A stretch of DNA of 64,000 bases from Candidatus Solibacter usitatus (GTDB lineage Bacteria; Acidobacteriota; Terriglobia; Bryobacterales; Bryobacteraceae). The stretch's first letter is position 1, and each line of letters begins with the position of its first letter. Location: assembly GCA_016185465.1 (NCBI GenBank), contig JACPNO010000059.1:635-64634 (forward strand), given 5' to 3'. Of this stretch, positions 52,483 through 62,091 are shown piece after piece. The position numbers were made by a program, and so were the translations under genes. The notes below the pieces were generated by a model that made no database searches, had not been told where the DNA came from, and saw only the letters and a program-made list of their open reading frames with translations.

Positions 52483-52995
52483 ATGGCAAAAAAAGTTAGA
52501 GCGTTCGAACTGAAGCAGGCGCTCATCGAGGCCTACGCCGTCAACGAGCGTATGAACCAGTATCTGCTTGAGAATGTGGACGATCGCGCCTGGCGAGCCG
52601 CGCCTCCGGGCGGCAAGGGACGCACCATCGCGGAGATCTTCGCTCACATTCACAACGTGCGCCACATGTGGCTGGTCGTCGCCGCCAAGGGATTGCCCAT
52701 CCCGGAAAAACTCAATCGCGCAAGTTGTTCGCGCCAGGACGTGAAGAAGGGTCTCGCGCGCAGCGCCGAGTGTTGCGCACATCTCTTAGCTGCCGCTCTG
52801 GAAAAGCCCGATGCCGCCGTCAAGCAATTCCGACCCGATGCCGCCGGCTTCCTCGGTTATTTGATCGCGCACGATGCTCATCATCGCGGACAAATTTGCA
52901 TGCTGGCGCGCCAGGCCGGCTACGCGCTCCCCAAGAAGGCGGACTTCGGCCTTTGGGAATGGGGCACGCACTGGAAAGAACTCGGCTATCTGTAG
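52483..52995 (+). CDS. DinB-family protein (second paralog in the window)
   Basis: ORF 52384..52995 trimmed to ATG 52483 (GGGGAG upstream). IFAHIHNVRHMW and LIAHDAHHRGQI. Confidence 0.75.
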   Translation: MAKKVRAFELKQALIEAYAVNERMNQYLLENVDDRAWRAAPPGGKGRTIAEIFAHIHNVRHMWLVVAAKGLPIPEKLNRASCSRQDVKKGLARSAECCAHLLAAALEKPDAAVKQFRPDAAGFLGYLIAHDAHHRGQICMLARQAGYALPKKADFGLWEWGTHWKELGYL

Positions 52996-52998
52996 CGG

Positions 52999-53292
52999 CT
53001 ACTGAACAATGCTTGCGCCCGCGTGCGGCTCGAGCTTGATTTCACCAAACGCAGATTCGTACTGAGAAACATTCTGCTGCAGCACGTTCATCAGCGCTTT
53101 GGCCTGCTGCGGGCTGAGATAAACGCCCTGAAAATTCTGAATGTTGACCTGTTCCGGCACAGTCTGATTCACCAGCCCGAACAGCAGCAGGAAATCCCAT
53201 AAGTTCACCCGGATTTGCACGCTGTTGGCATAACCTTCGCGGTAATCGGGGCCATTTACTAGGTGGACTTTCGGCTGGGGCTGCTGGCTCAT
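52999..53292 (-). CDS. DUF3467-family small protein
   Basis: 97 aa. YANSVQIRVNLWDFLLLFG......VYLSPQQAKALMNVLQQNVSQYE matches my recollection of DUF3467. Confidence 0.65.
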   Translation of the reverse strand: MSQQPQPKVHLVNGPDYREGYANSVQIRVNLWDFLLLFGLVNQTVPEQVNIQNFQGVYLSPQQAKALMNVLQQNVSQYESAFGEIKLEPHAGASIVQ

Positions 53293-53533
53293 GATTCAAA
53301 TTGTAACGCGCATCGCCGACCGCGCGCGTTTTGGCAGCTTGGAGAAGAATCCTCCAAAGTTGCACTTCGCGTGCCTCGCGAAGCTCCGCGAATTAGAGGT
53401 CCTTGCCTCGTTGATTGCAGAGATCATTTTCAGCTGCCTACAGACGTCACTGGAGCGTTAGTGTCGTTCGGGTGACCTCGGGTGCGTTTCACTCACGTCA
53501 AGCTATGGGACAGACGCCTTTATAGCCAAGCGG

Positions 53534-53899
53534 CTAGCACCCAAGCGGACACTTCTTGACGTGAATCGCCACCACCGCTACCGCAGCCACAAGCCCTATT
53601 CCCACAACGATCAGGACGTTGCGCGTGGTGTGCGATTTTTTGTCCAACTGTTTCACAGAAGCAACGTCGTCGAAGACCAGCTGACGGTCCACGGCGCCGG
53701 AATTCAAGAGAGTGAAGCCGGAACCAGACACCTCTCCTCTGGCCCCTCGCAGCGTCTGTTTGTTCTTGAGATGAACCTCGATGTTGGTTCCCGCTCGCAT
53801 TCCGGTAATCTGGTTTGTGACGCTGTCAGCACCGAGAGCCACAGGACCCATCTGGCTCACCATGAGCAACGCCAGAACGAAAGACAGTGCCTGTCGCAT
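53534..53899 (-). CDS. small secreted protein with a C-terminal membrane anchor
   Basis: ORF 53534..53962 trimmed to ATG 53899 (AGGAGAGG upstream). Signal MRQALSFVLALLMVSQMGPVALGA and a C-terminal helix VLIVVGIGLVAAVAVVAI. Confidence 0.5.
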   Translation of the reverse strand: MRQALSFVLALLMVSQMGPVALGADSVTNQITGMRAGTNIEVHLKNKQTLRGARGEVSGSGFTLLNSGAVDRQLVFDDVASVKQLDKKSHTTRNVLIVVGIGLVAAVAVVAIHVKKCPLGC

Positions 53900-54062
53900 G
53901 TCCTCTCCTTTCTTTGGGTCTGCCATCTTGGCCCCCCAGACGGCCTCCGAGTGTACACCCAAACCACCTTAGTTGGGGCCGAAAAGAGGACAGGCGCCTT
54001 TTCTCGCCAATCCCCCCGCCGGTTTGACACCCCCGCTCCCCCCTGTTAGCTTGGTTGTTCCC

Positions 54063-55172
54063 ATGGCGGAAGCCGCAGCTCTGAAGCGCACTCCCTTGCA
54101 TGCCGTGCATCGCTCCCTAGGCGCCAAGATGGTCGATTTTGGCGGTTGGGATATGCCTGTGCAATATTCCGGGCTCCTGGACGAGCACCATGTTGTGCGC
54201 CGCGCCGCCGGGCTGTTCGACGTCAGTCATATGGGAGAAATTGAGATTCGCGGACGCGAAGCCGCTCGCCTCACCGACGCCGTCACCACCAACGCCGTCG
54301 CCAAGCTCAAAATCGGTCAGGCGCACTACTCCGGCCTGCTCTACGAACACGGCGGATTCGTCGACGACATCCTGGTCCACAAAGTCGCCGACGACCATTT
54401 CTTTCTCTGCGTGAACGCCTCCAACCAGGAAAAAGACTTCGAGCACATCCGCGCCGCCAACCATTACGACGCCCAAGTGGAATTCGCCAGCGATCGCTAC
54501 GCGCAGTTGGCCATTCAGGGGCCCAAGGCCCTCGCCATTCTGCAAAAACTGACGCCCGTCGATCTCGGCGCCATCCGCTACTATTGGTTCACCGATGGCA
54601 CGGTGTCCGGCACGCCGGCGCGGATCGCCCGCACTGGCTACACCGGCGAAGACGGCTTCGAGATCTACGTCGCCCCGGCCGAAGCCGCGCGGCTGTGGAA
54701 TGAAATTCTGGAAGCCGGCCGCGAGTTCGGCATCAAGCCGTGCGGGCTGGGCGCGCGCAATACCCTGCGCCTGGAAGCCACCATGGCGCTGTACGGCCAC
54801 GAGATCCACGCATCCATTTCGCCGCTCGAAGCCAACTTGGGCTGGATCGTAAAAATCGACAAAGGCGAATTCACCGGGCGCGCTGCGTTGCAAAAGCAAA
54901 AAGCCAGCGGCCTGCGCCGCAAATTGGTAGGCTTCGAAATGCGCGGCCGCGGCATCGGGCGCGATGGCTACGAAGTCCGCATCGATGGCGTGCCGTCCGG
55001 TTGGGTTACCAGCGGATCGCCCGCGCCGTCGCTGAACAAGAATATCGGCCTCTGCTATTTGCCGATTGAGCAGGCTCACACGGGCCGCGCCATCGAAGTG
55101 ATGGTGCGCAATCAGCCAGTGGAAGCGCTGACCGTGGAGACCCCTTTCTATAAGAGAGTAAATCCGTCATGA
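54063..55172 (+). CDS. gcvT: glycine cleavage system aminomethyltransferase (T protein)
   Basis: ORF 53973..55172 trimmed to ATG 54063. LKRTPLHAVHRSLGAKMVDFGGWDMPVQY, FDVSHMGE, ARTGYTGEDGFE. Confidence 0.92.
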   Translation: MAEAAALKRTPLHAVHRSLGAKMVDFGGWDMPVQYSGLLDEHHVVRRAAGLFDVSHMGEIEIRGREAARLTDAVTTNAVAKLKIGQAHYSGLLYEHGGFVDDILVHKVADDHFFLCVNASNQEKDFEHIRAANHYDAQVEFASDRYAQLAIQGPKALAILQKLTPVDLGAIRYYWFTDGTVSGTPARIARTGYTGEDGFEIYVAPAEAARLWNEILEAGREFGIKPCGLGARNTLRLEATMALYGHEIHASISPLEANLGWIVKIDKGEFTGRAALQKQKASGLRRKLVGFEMRGRGIGRDGYEVRIDGVPSGWVTSGSPAPSLNKNIGLCYLPIEQAHTGRAIEVMVRNQPVEALTVETPFYKRVNPS

Positions 55173-55555
55173 CGTATCCGGACGACCGCCGCTACACCAA
55201 AGAGCACGAGTGGGTTCGCGTGGAGGGCGACATCGGCACCGTCGGCATCACCGACCACGCGCAGCACGAGCTGGGCGACATCGTCTATGTCGACACGCCG
55301 AAAATCGGCGCGCGCGTGGATCAGGGCAAATCGCTTGGCTCAGTCGAATCGGTGAAAGCCGTTTCCGAAATCTACTCGCCGGTTTCGGGCGAAGTCACCG
55401 AGGTCAATGGCATACTGGCCCAATCGCCCGAAAAACTGAACCAGGATCCGCACGGCGCGGCGTGGCTGGTGAAAATCCGGCTGAGCGCTGCCGCTGAAAT
55501 TACGAATCTTATGAGCGCCGCGGACTATCAAAGTTATGTAGGAGCCGAAAGCTAG
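55169..55555 (+). CDS. gcvH: glycine cleavage system H protein
   Basis: YTKEHEWV and the lipoyl-Lys context SVESVKAVSEIYSPVSG. Confidence 0.92.
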   Translation: MTYPDDRRYTKEHEWVRVEGDIGTVGITDHAQHELGDIVYVDTPKIGARVDQGKSLGSVESVKAVSEIYSPVSGEVTEVNGILAQSPEKLNQDPHGAAWLVKIRLSAAAEITNLMSAADYQSYVGAES

Positions 55556-56869
55556 TTGCGTTATCTTCCGAAGTCCCAAGCTGAGCGCCGCCAGATGGTC
55601 GAGGCGTGCGGCGTCGAATCCGCGGAACAACTTTTCAGCCACTTGCCGGACGGTGTCCGTCTCAAGCGGCCGCTCGACCTTGCGCCGGGCATCTCGGAGT
55701 ACGACATTGTCGACTATTTCCGCGCCCGCTCAGCGGAGGGCGCGAGCGGCTATGCCAGTTTTCTGGGCGCCGGCGTCTACGCCCATTACCGCCCCGTGCT
55801 GGTGGATACGGTCGTTTCGCGCGGCGAATTTTTGACGTCTTACACGCCGTACCAGGCGGAAATTTCCCAGGGCACCCTCGTCACGATCTTCGAATTCCAG
55901 ACGATGATCTGCCAGCTCACCGGCATGGAAGTGGCTAACGCGTCCATGTACGATGGCTCAACCGCCGTGCCGGAAGCGGCGATGATGGCGGCCCGTATCA
56001 CCGGCCGCGATGGCGTACTCATCGCCCGCAGCGTGCATCCCGAATATCGCGAAGTGCTGCTCACCTACGCGCGCAATCAGGGCATGCCTGTTCAGGAATT
56101 TGGCTACAACAACGAATCCGGCGCCGCCGAGCTGGCCGATCTCGAAAGCAAAATCAACGACGCGACAGCCGCAGTGATCGTACAATCGCCGAATTTTTTC
56201 GGTGTGATTGAAAACGTGAAACGGCTGGCCGAGATTGCCCACCGCCATGGCGCGCTGCTGGTTTTCATTTTTACTGAAGCCGTCTCGCTGGGAATCCTTG
56301 AGCCGCCGGCGGACGCCGATATCGTAGCCGGTGAACTGCAATCGTTTGCGATTTCGCCCAGCTTCGGCGGCCCCTTTGCCGGCATCATCGCCACCAAGGA
56401 AAAGTTCATGCGGCAAATGCCCGGGCGGCTGGTCGGCGAGACTGTCGATTCCCGCGGCAACCGCGCCTTCTGCCTCACGCTCGCCACTCGCGAACAGCAT
56501 ATCCGCCGCGAAAAAGCCACGTCGAATATCTGCACCAACCAGGCGCTTATCGCGCTGATGGCCACAGTCTTCATGACCGTCTACGGCAAGCAGGGCCTGC
56601 GTGAGCTCGCCGAGCAAAACCTGGCGAAAGCGCATTATCTCGGCGCAAAGCTCAAGCCGCGTTTCAGCGGAGCGTACTTCAATGAATTCGTCGCGGCTAC
56701 TAACGGCAAAACGCCCGACGTCATCAATCAGGCGCTGCTCAAAAAGAAAATCATCGGCGGCGTCCCGCTCAATCGCTGGTATCCGGAACTGGAAAATTCC
56801 ATGTTGCTCTGCGCCACCGAAATGAGCAAACGCGAACATATGGATCAACTGGCAGAGGCGTGGCAATGA
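55556..56869 (+). CDS. gcvPA: glycine dehydrogenase (decarboxylating) subunit 1
   Basis: The TTG start directly follows the gcvH stop. [15 protein letters not shown] and [10 protein letters not shown]. Confidence 0.9.
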   Translation: MRYLPKSQAERRQMVEACGVESAEQLFSHLPDGVRLKRPLDLAPGISEYDIVDYFRARSAEGASGYASFLGAGVYAHYRPVLVDTVVSRGEFLTSYTPYQAEISQGTLVTIFEFQTMICQLTGMEVANASMYDGSTAVPEAAMMAARITGRDGVLIARSVHPEYREVLLTYARNQGMPVQEFGYNNESGAAELADLESKINDATAAVIVQSPNFFGVIENVKRLAEIAHRHGALLVFIFTEAVSLGILEPPADADIVAGELQSFAISPSFGGPFAGIIATKEKFMRQMPGRLVGETVDSRGNRAFCLTLATREQHIRREKATSNICTNQALIALMATVFMTVYGKQGLRELAEQNLAKAHYLGAKLKPRFSGAYFNEFVAATNGKTPDVINQALLKKKIIGGVPLNRWYPELENSMLLCATEMSKREHMDQLAEAWQ

Positions 56870-58362
56870 AAGTCCGTTCGCACATCACGCAGAACGAAGC
56901 CCTGCTGTTCGAAATGGGCTCGCCCGGCAAAGTGGGCTACCAGCTTCCCTCACTCGATGTGCCCGCCGTCGACGCTGTCGCCGCCCTCGGCCGGGAAAAC
57001 GTGCGCGCCGAAATCGAAGGCTTTCCCGAAGTCAGCGAAGTGGAAGCCATTCGCCATTTCACGCGATTGTCCACTTGGAATTACGCGATCGACCTAGGCC
57101 TCTATCCGCTCGGCTCCTGCACCATGAAGTACAATCCGCGCGTCAATGAGCTTGTGGCGCGCCTCGACGGCCTCGCCTGGGCTCATCCGTATCAGCCCGA
57201 AGCGCTGGCGCAAGGGGCCATGGAAGTGATGGCGCGCCTGGAAGCCGCGCTCGCCGAAATCACCGGCATGGACGCCGTCACACTACAACCCGCGGCCGGC
57301 GCGCATGGCGAGCTCACCGGTATTCTGCTCATCCGCGCGCTGCTCGAAAAGCGCGGCAATCCACGCAAGAAAATTCTGATTCCCGATTCCGCCCACGGCA
57401 CCAACCCCGCCACCGCGGCCATCGCCGGCTACACGGTCGAAAATATCCATAGCACCGCCAGCGGCATGGTGGATCTCGCCGAGCTCGAGCGCGTCGTCGA
57501 TAAAGATGTCGCCGCGCTGATGATGACCAATCCCAACACGCTCGGCGTATTCGACGACAACATGGCCGGCGTGGCGGAAATCCTCCACAAAAAAGGCGCG
57601 CTGGTTTACATGTACGGCGCCAACATGAATGCGCTGGTCGGCATCGCGCGGCCAGGCGATTTCGGCGTGGACGTCATGCACCTCAATTTACACAAGACGT
57701 TTTCCACGCCTCACGGCGGCGGCGGTCCCGGCGGCGGCCCGGTAGCCGTGAAAAAGATTCTCGAGCCGTTTCTCCCCGCCCCCCGCATGAAGCGCCTGCG
57801 CAATCGCTGGGCTTTCGATTACAAGCGCCCGCGCGCCATTGGCAAAGTCCGCGCGTACTATGGCAATTTCGGCGTGATCGTCCGAGCGCTGGCATACATC
57901 CTGGCGCATGGCGGCGATGGTCTGCGCAATGCCACCGTCGACGCGGTGCTGAACGCCAATTACATTCGCCGCAAACTCGAGCCGTTCTACGATCTGCCCT
58001 ACACCGCGCCCAACATGCACGAAGTGGTGTTCAGCGACGACCGCCAGGCCAAGCTCGGCGTGCGCACCGGTGACATCGCCAAGCGCCTCATCGATTACGG
58101 CTTTCATCCTTACACCGTCAGCTTTCCGCTCATCGTGCACGGCGCGCTCATGATCGAGCCCACCGAAACCGAGAGCAAGCTCGAGCTGGATCTGTTCATT
58201 GAGGCGATGACCGCCATCGCCAAGGAAGTGGAAACGGACCCGCAGCTGGTGCGGTCCGCGCCCCATTCCACCCGTACCAGCAAGGTTGACGAGGTCGGGG
58301 CGGCGCGCCGTCCTATATTGCGATGGAAACCGCGGGAGACCGGCAGCCAAACCGCGGATTAA
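56860..58362 (+). CDS. gcvPB: glycine dehydrogenase (decarboxylating) subunit 2
   Basis: [11 protein letters not shown] and the PLP-Lys context [18 protein letters not shown]. Note the unusual Y252 in YMYGANMNA (see findings). Confidence 0.9.
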   Translation: MAMKVRSHITQNEALLFEMGSPGKVGYQLPSLDVPAVDAVAALGRENVRAEIEGFPEVSEVEAIRHFTRLSTWNYAIDLGLYPLGSCTMKYNPRVNELVARLDGLAWAHPYQPEALAQGAMEVMARLEAALAEITGMDAVTLQPAAGAHGELTGILLIRALLEKRGNPRKKILIPDSAHGTNPATAAIAGYTVENIHSTASGMVDLAELERVVDKDVAALMMTNPNTLGVFDDNMAGVAEILHKKGALVYMYGANMNALVGIARPGDFGVDVMHLNLHKTFSTPHGGGGPGGGPVAVKKILEPFLPAPRMKRLRNRWAFDYKRPRAIGKVRAYYGNFGVIVRALAYILAHGGDGLRNATVDAVLNANYIRRKLEPFYDLPYTAPNMHEVVFSDDRQAKLGVRTGDIAKRLIDYGFHPYTVSFPLIVHGALMIEPTETESKLELDLFIEAMTAIAKEVETDPQLVRSAPHSTRTSKVDEVGAARRPILRWKPRETGSQTAD

Positions 58363-60131
58363 GCGGCGCCGCGCAGCTCACCATCGTCTTCGCGGTGGTC
58401 TTGCTGCTGCGCATTCCTTTTCTCCATCAGGCGATTCAAGGCGACGACGTCTTCTACCTGTACGGCGCCGAGCACGCCCAAATCGAACCCCTGCACCCCA
58501 ATCACGCCCACTACGTTTCTCTGGGCGATCTGGTGGACATGCGCGGCCACCCGCATCCGCCGTTCAATATGTGGTTTCTGGGCGCGCTGCTGGCCGTCGC
58601 CGGTGATATTCGTGAAGCCCGCTTCCACGCCGCATACATTCTGTTTTCTCTGATTGCGGCTCTGGCGATGTGGTCGCTCGCCCGGCGATTCTCGCCGCAC
58701 CCACTCTGGGCCGTGCTGCTGTTTCTGGCAACGCCGGCGTTCGTCGTGAACGGTAGTTCGCTCGAATCGGATCTCCCGTTTCTCGCGTTCTGGATGGCGT
58801 CCATCGCGTTGTTCGCCGGCCGCCGCTACGGATGGAGCGCGCTCGCCATGGTGGCCGCGTCGCTTGCCGCCTATCAGGCAATTTTTCTGACGCCGATTCT
58901 GGCGCTCTACGTCTGGCTGTACGACCGGCACTCGCGCGCCGCATGGGCGGCCACCCTCGTTGCGCCCGTCACACTCGTCGCCTGGCAAATCTTTGAGCGC
59001 GTCTCGACCGGCGCCGTCCCCGCCACCATTCTCGCCGGCTATCTGCAAACTTATGGATGGCAGTCGGTTGCCAACAAACTTCGCAGCGCCGCCGCACTAT
59101 CGGGACACGCCGTCTGGCTGGTTTTTCCGCTGCTACTCCCGCCCGCATTCCTCGCGTCCAGAAAACGGCGTGATCCCGACACGCTTTTCCTCACCGGTTG
59201 GATCGCCCTCTTCTTCGCCGGCGCGCTGGTGATTTTCTTCGCCGGTTCAGCGCGTTATTTGTTGCCGATGGCTGCGCCCGTGGCCTTGCTGGTCTCGCGC
59301 ATCCGCCCGCGCTGGCTCGCTGCTGGCTTCGTGTGCCAGATGGCGCTAAGCCTGGCGCTCGCCGTCGTCAATTATCAGCATTGGGATGGCTACCGTAAGT
59401 TCGCCGAGTCTCTAGGCTCGTATCCGCGCGTCTGGATCAACGGTGAATGGGGCCTGCGCTATTACCTTGAAAGCCGCGGCGGCTTGCCCATGCAGAACCA
59501 GCAAGCCGTCCGCCCAGGCGACGTCGTCGTGACCAGCGAACTCTCCTATCAGGCTCACTACACCACCGGCGGCGCGGCGCTCACGCCCATCTCCCAGCGC
59601 GAAATCCGCCCGCGTCTGCCCTTCCGCTTGATCGGCCTGGATTCCCCGTCCGCTTACTCGACCATCTCCCGCGGCCTGCGCCCCTTCGACATTTCACGCG
59701 GCCCCATCGACCGCATTCGCGCCGAGCTCGTCGTTGAGCGCCAGCCCAGTCTCGCCTATCTCCCCATGAACGCACCTGAAGCCGCGCAGCAAATCGTAAG
59801 CGGTCTCTACGGTTTGGATGGCGCCACCTGGCGCTGGATGGGCGCGCGCGCCGTAGTGCTGGTGAAAAGCCCCGCCGAGCCGACGCCGCTGCGGGCCGTA
59901 TTCACCATCCCGCCGATGGCGCCGGCGCGCCGCGTGACGCTATCCATCGACGGCCAGGAAGTAGCCAGCCAGACTTACGCCGCGCCCGGATCGTATACGC
60001 TAGAAGCCCCGCCGCGCGCCATCGCCACCCCCACGGTCACAGTAACCATCGCCATCGACAAAGCGTTCACCGTGCCCACCGATACCCGCGAGCTAGGCAT
60101 CATCGTGAACGAGTTGGGGTTCAGAAAGTAG
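58323..60131 (+). CDS. polytopic GT39/ArnT-like (PMT_2-type) glycosyltransferase-family membrane protein
   Basis: 602 aa with about 10 or more hydrophobic helices in the first 380 aa, an early DD motif (QGDDVFYLYGAEH) and a soluble C-terminal domain of about 200 aa. The start is uncertain, with a 40-nt overlap with gcvPB. Confidence 0.6.
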   Translation: METAGDRQPNRGLSGAAQLTIVFAVVLLLRIPFLHQAIQGDDVFYLYGAEHAQIEPLHPNHAHYVSLGDLVDMRGHPHPPFNMWFLGALLAVAGDIREARFHAAYILFSLIAALAMWSLARRFSPHPLWAVLLFLATPAFVVNGSSLESDLPFLAFWMASIALFAGRRYGWSALAMVAASLAAYQAIFLTPILALYVWLYDRHSRAAWAATLVAPVTLVAWQIFERVSTGAVPATILAGYLQTYGWQSVANKLRSAAALSGHAVWLVFPLLLPPAFLASRKRRDPDTLFLTGWIALFFAGALVIFFAGSARYLLPMAAPVALLVSRIRPRWLAAGFVCQMALSLALAVVNYQHWDGYRKFAESLGSYPRVWINGEWGLRYYLESRGGLPMQNQQAVRPGDVVVTSELSYQAHYTTGGAALTPISQREIRPRLPFRLIGLDSPSAYSTISRGLRPFDISRGPIDRIRAELVVERQPSLAYLPMNAPEAAQQIVSGLYGLDGATWRWMGARAVVLVKSPAEPTPLRAVFTIPPMAPARRVTLSIDGQEVASQTYAAPGSYTLEAPPRAIATPTVTVTIAIDKAFTVPTDTRELGIIVNELGFRK

Positions 60132-60203
60132 TATCCTGAGGACATGTCATGTGGAAGCGGCATTCCGCTGCAGCCAACGATTCCAGCCGGCGCGCGGAAG
60201 GTC

Positions 60204-60470
60204 ATGTGCGTAAAGTTTCAAAAGGAATTGGAAGGTCTAAGCGAAATCCCTTTTGAAGGACACCCGCTAGGCCAGAAGATCTACGACAACGTCTCCAAAG
60301 AAGCCTGGAAAATGTGGCTCGAGCACATGAAGATGCTCATGAACGAGTACCGCCTCAATCTGGGCACGAAGGAAGCGCAGGAATTCCTCCTCAAACAGAT
60401 GGACGATTACTTCTTCGGCGCCGGCGCCGCGTTGCCACCCGATTTCGTGCCGCCTAAACAAAAACAATAG
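60204..60470 (+). CDS. yggX: Fe(2+)-trafficking / oxidative-damage protection protein YggX
   Basis: ORF 60144..60470 trimmed to ATG 60204. MCVKFQKELEGL...PLGQKIYDNVSKEAWKMWLEHMKMLMNEYRLN parallels E. coli YggX (CTFLQREAEG...GKRIYNEISKEAWAQW). Confidence 0.85.
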   Translation: MCVKFQKELEGLSEIPFEGHPLGQKIYDNVSKEAWKMWLEHMKMLMNEYRLNLGTKEAQEFLLKQMDDYFFGAGAALPPDFVPPKQKQ

Positions 60471-60482
60471 CGCTGTATTCCA

Positions 60483-60818
60483 GTGCGTCGTCTGGTAGCG
60501 ATCAAGGTTTTGCACACGGCGATCTGGTTCTTCTTCGCCGCCTGCATCGTGGCCATTCCCTTCGCCGGCGCACAGCGTCAGTTTCGCTGGGCGGCCATTC
60601 TGTCCGGGCTGGTGCTGGTCGAGTGCGCAATCCTGGCGCTGAACCGGGGCCGCTGCCCTTTGACCGATCTCGCCGGCCGCTACACCGAAGCCCGCGCCGA
60701 CAACTTCGATATCTACCTGCCGCTGTGGCTGGCCCGGCACAACAAGACAATCTTCGGAACCCTGTTCGTCGCCGGGGAATTATTTGTGCTTGGGCGATGG
60801 TTGATTCACTGGCGGTAG
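60483..60818 (+). CDS. small integral membrane protein (three predicted helices)
   Basis: 111 aa. TAIWFFFAACIVAIPFAG, AAILSGLVLVECAILAL, IFGTLFVAGELFVLG. No firm domain call. Confidence 0.5.
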   Translation: MRRLVAIKVLHTAIWFFFAACIVAIPFAGAQRQFRWAAILSGLVLVECAILALNRGRCPLTDLAGRYTEARADNFDIYLPLWLARHNKTIFGTLFVAGELFVLGRWLIHWR

Positions 60819-60870
60819 GCCGGGCTGGCCCTCCTCTGTTACACTCTCCCCAATTGCACGAGGAAAACCC

Positions 60871-62091
60871 ATGCTGACCATAATTTCCCGCCGGCATTTC
60901 GCAGCCGCGTCTTTCTTGCTCCTGACGACAGCAGCTGCCGCGCACGCCGCGGCCATCCCCGCAACCATCGACACCGATGAGCATCGGGCGGCACCAGTGC
61001 CCCATCGCTACCTGCACGGCGTCATTCCCGACGACGCGAAATTCCAACTAGCTCTGCCGGATAACTGGAATGGAAAACTAGTCATCTTCTCACGCGGTTT
61101 TTCGGGAACCGAACTCACTGGTGACTCTTTCAAAACTGCGGCGCTCCAGAAGGGCTACGCCCTCGCTGCGAGCAATGAAGGTTGGAATCGGCTCACCATT
61201 GCCCAAAGGCCGCAGGATAGCTACTACGAATCGCGCCAACGCATCCGGGAGCTCACTCTCTATGCGAAACAGATGTTGGTGGCCCATTACAGGAAGGGAG
61301 CTTCCCGCACGATCATGATGGGCGGCTCCAACGGCGGCCATCACACCAAATGGATGATCGAAAGTTATCCCGCCTTGTACGACGGTGGCATCTCCGGTTT
61401 TGGATTTAACTCGCAGGTGAGCCAGTGGGGCTCAATCGCCACGCTGCTTCGCAATTACGACGTCATTCGCCCACGCATCGACGACATCATCCAGAAGCGA
61501 ACGGCCGATCCCGATTGGAACCCCAGCCGCACTCCGCTCACGCCTCCGCTCGCAGCTGAACAACTCACAGCACTCCAAAACATCTATGACATTCCAGCCA
61601 CGCTGCGCAACGACCTCAAGTTCAATGTGGGGCGCTGGAAAGGTTCAGAGGCGCTATGGAAGAGCCAGTACGAGGAATTGCTCAGCTATCTCCGCGACTC
61701 GATGCCGCGCTTCGATGAAAGGTTCCATCCTCATGCCGGTGCTTTGACAGATGACGACTTGAAGCTTTGGGATCCGGCAAAAAGCCCGCACCTCGTGCAG
61801 CAGGAACTCCTGCCGCGTTCCATAAAACGTGTCATTAATATCCTCCGCAAACGCGATCCCTTCATGTCCGCCCACCTCACCAGCCAGCGCCGCCTGCGCG
61901 GCTTCGAGCTGCCTGGATTTCAGCAGTTGGTAGAGATTGTCCACCTGGTCCGTATAGAACCACAACGTCACATCATGCCGCCCAGGTTTTCCATGCATAT
62001 TCAGCATGACTTCGGCCTTGCCGAACGACACCATGCCGAAATTCACCACGCCCCCTTCCCCATAGCGCGCCATTTCCCTGAACCCGATTGA
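60871..62091 (+). CDS. secreted alpha/beta-hydrolase-like protein; the true 3' end is probably near 61.8 kb
   Basis: Signal MLTIISRRHFAAASFLLLTTAAAAHAAA and nucleophile-elbow-like MMGGSNGGHH. The last ~90 codons of the ORF are antisense to the well-formed VOC domain of 61654..63078 and are probably not translated. Confidence 0.55.
   Translation: MLTIISRRHFAAASFLLLTTAAAAHAAAIPATIDTDEHRAAPVPHRYLHGVIPDDAKFQLALPDNWNGKLVIFSRGFSGTELTGDSFKTAALQKGYALAASNEGWNRLTIAQRPQDSYYESRQRIRELTLYAKQMLVAHYRKGASRTIMMGGSNGGHHTKWMIESYPALYDGGISGFGFNSQVSQWGSIATLLRNYDVIRPRIDDIIQKRTADPDWNPSRTPLTPPLAAEQLTALQNIYDIPATLRNDLKFNVGRWKGSEALWKSQYEELLSYLRDSMPRFDERFHPHAGALTDDDLKLWDPAKSPHLVQQELLPRSIKRVINILRKRDPFMSAHLTSQRRLRGFELPGFQQLVEIVHLVRIEPQRHIMPPRFSMHIQHDFGLAERHHAEIHHAPFPIARHFPEPD

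Noticed and set aside
53332-53364. Sigma-54 promoter (TGGCAG ... TTGCA)
   Set aside because: The GG and GC elements are about 29 nt apart instead of the fixed ~10-nt spacing, and no plus-strand gene follows.
53963-54062. Glycine riboswitch upstream of gcvT
   Set aside because: I looked for the tandem aptamer hallmarks (GGAGAG...ACCGAAGGGGCAA-like cores) and found none in the ~100-nt leader.
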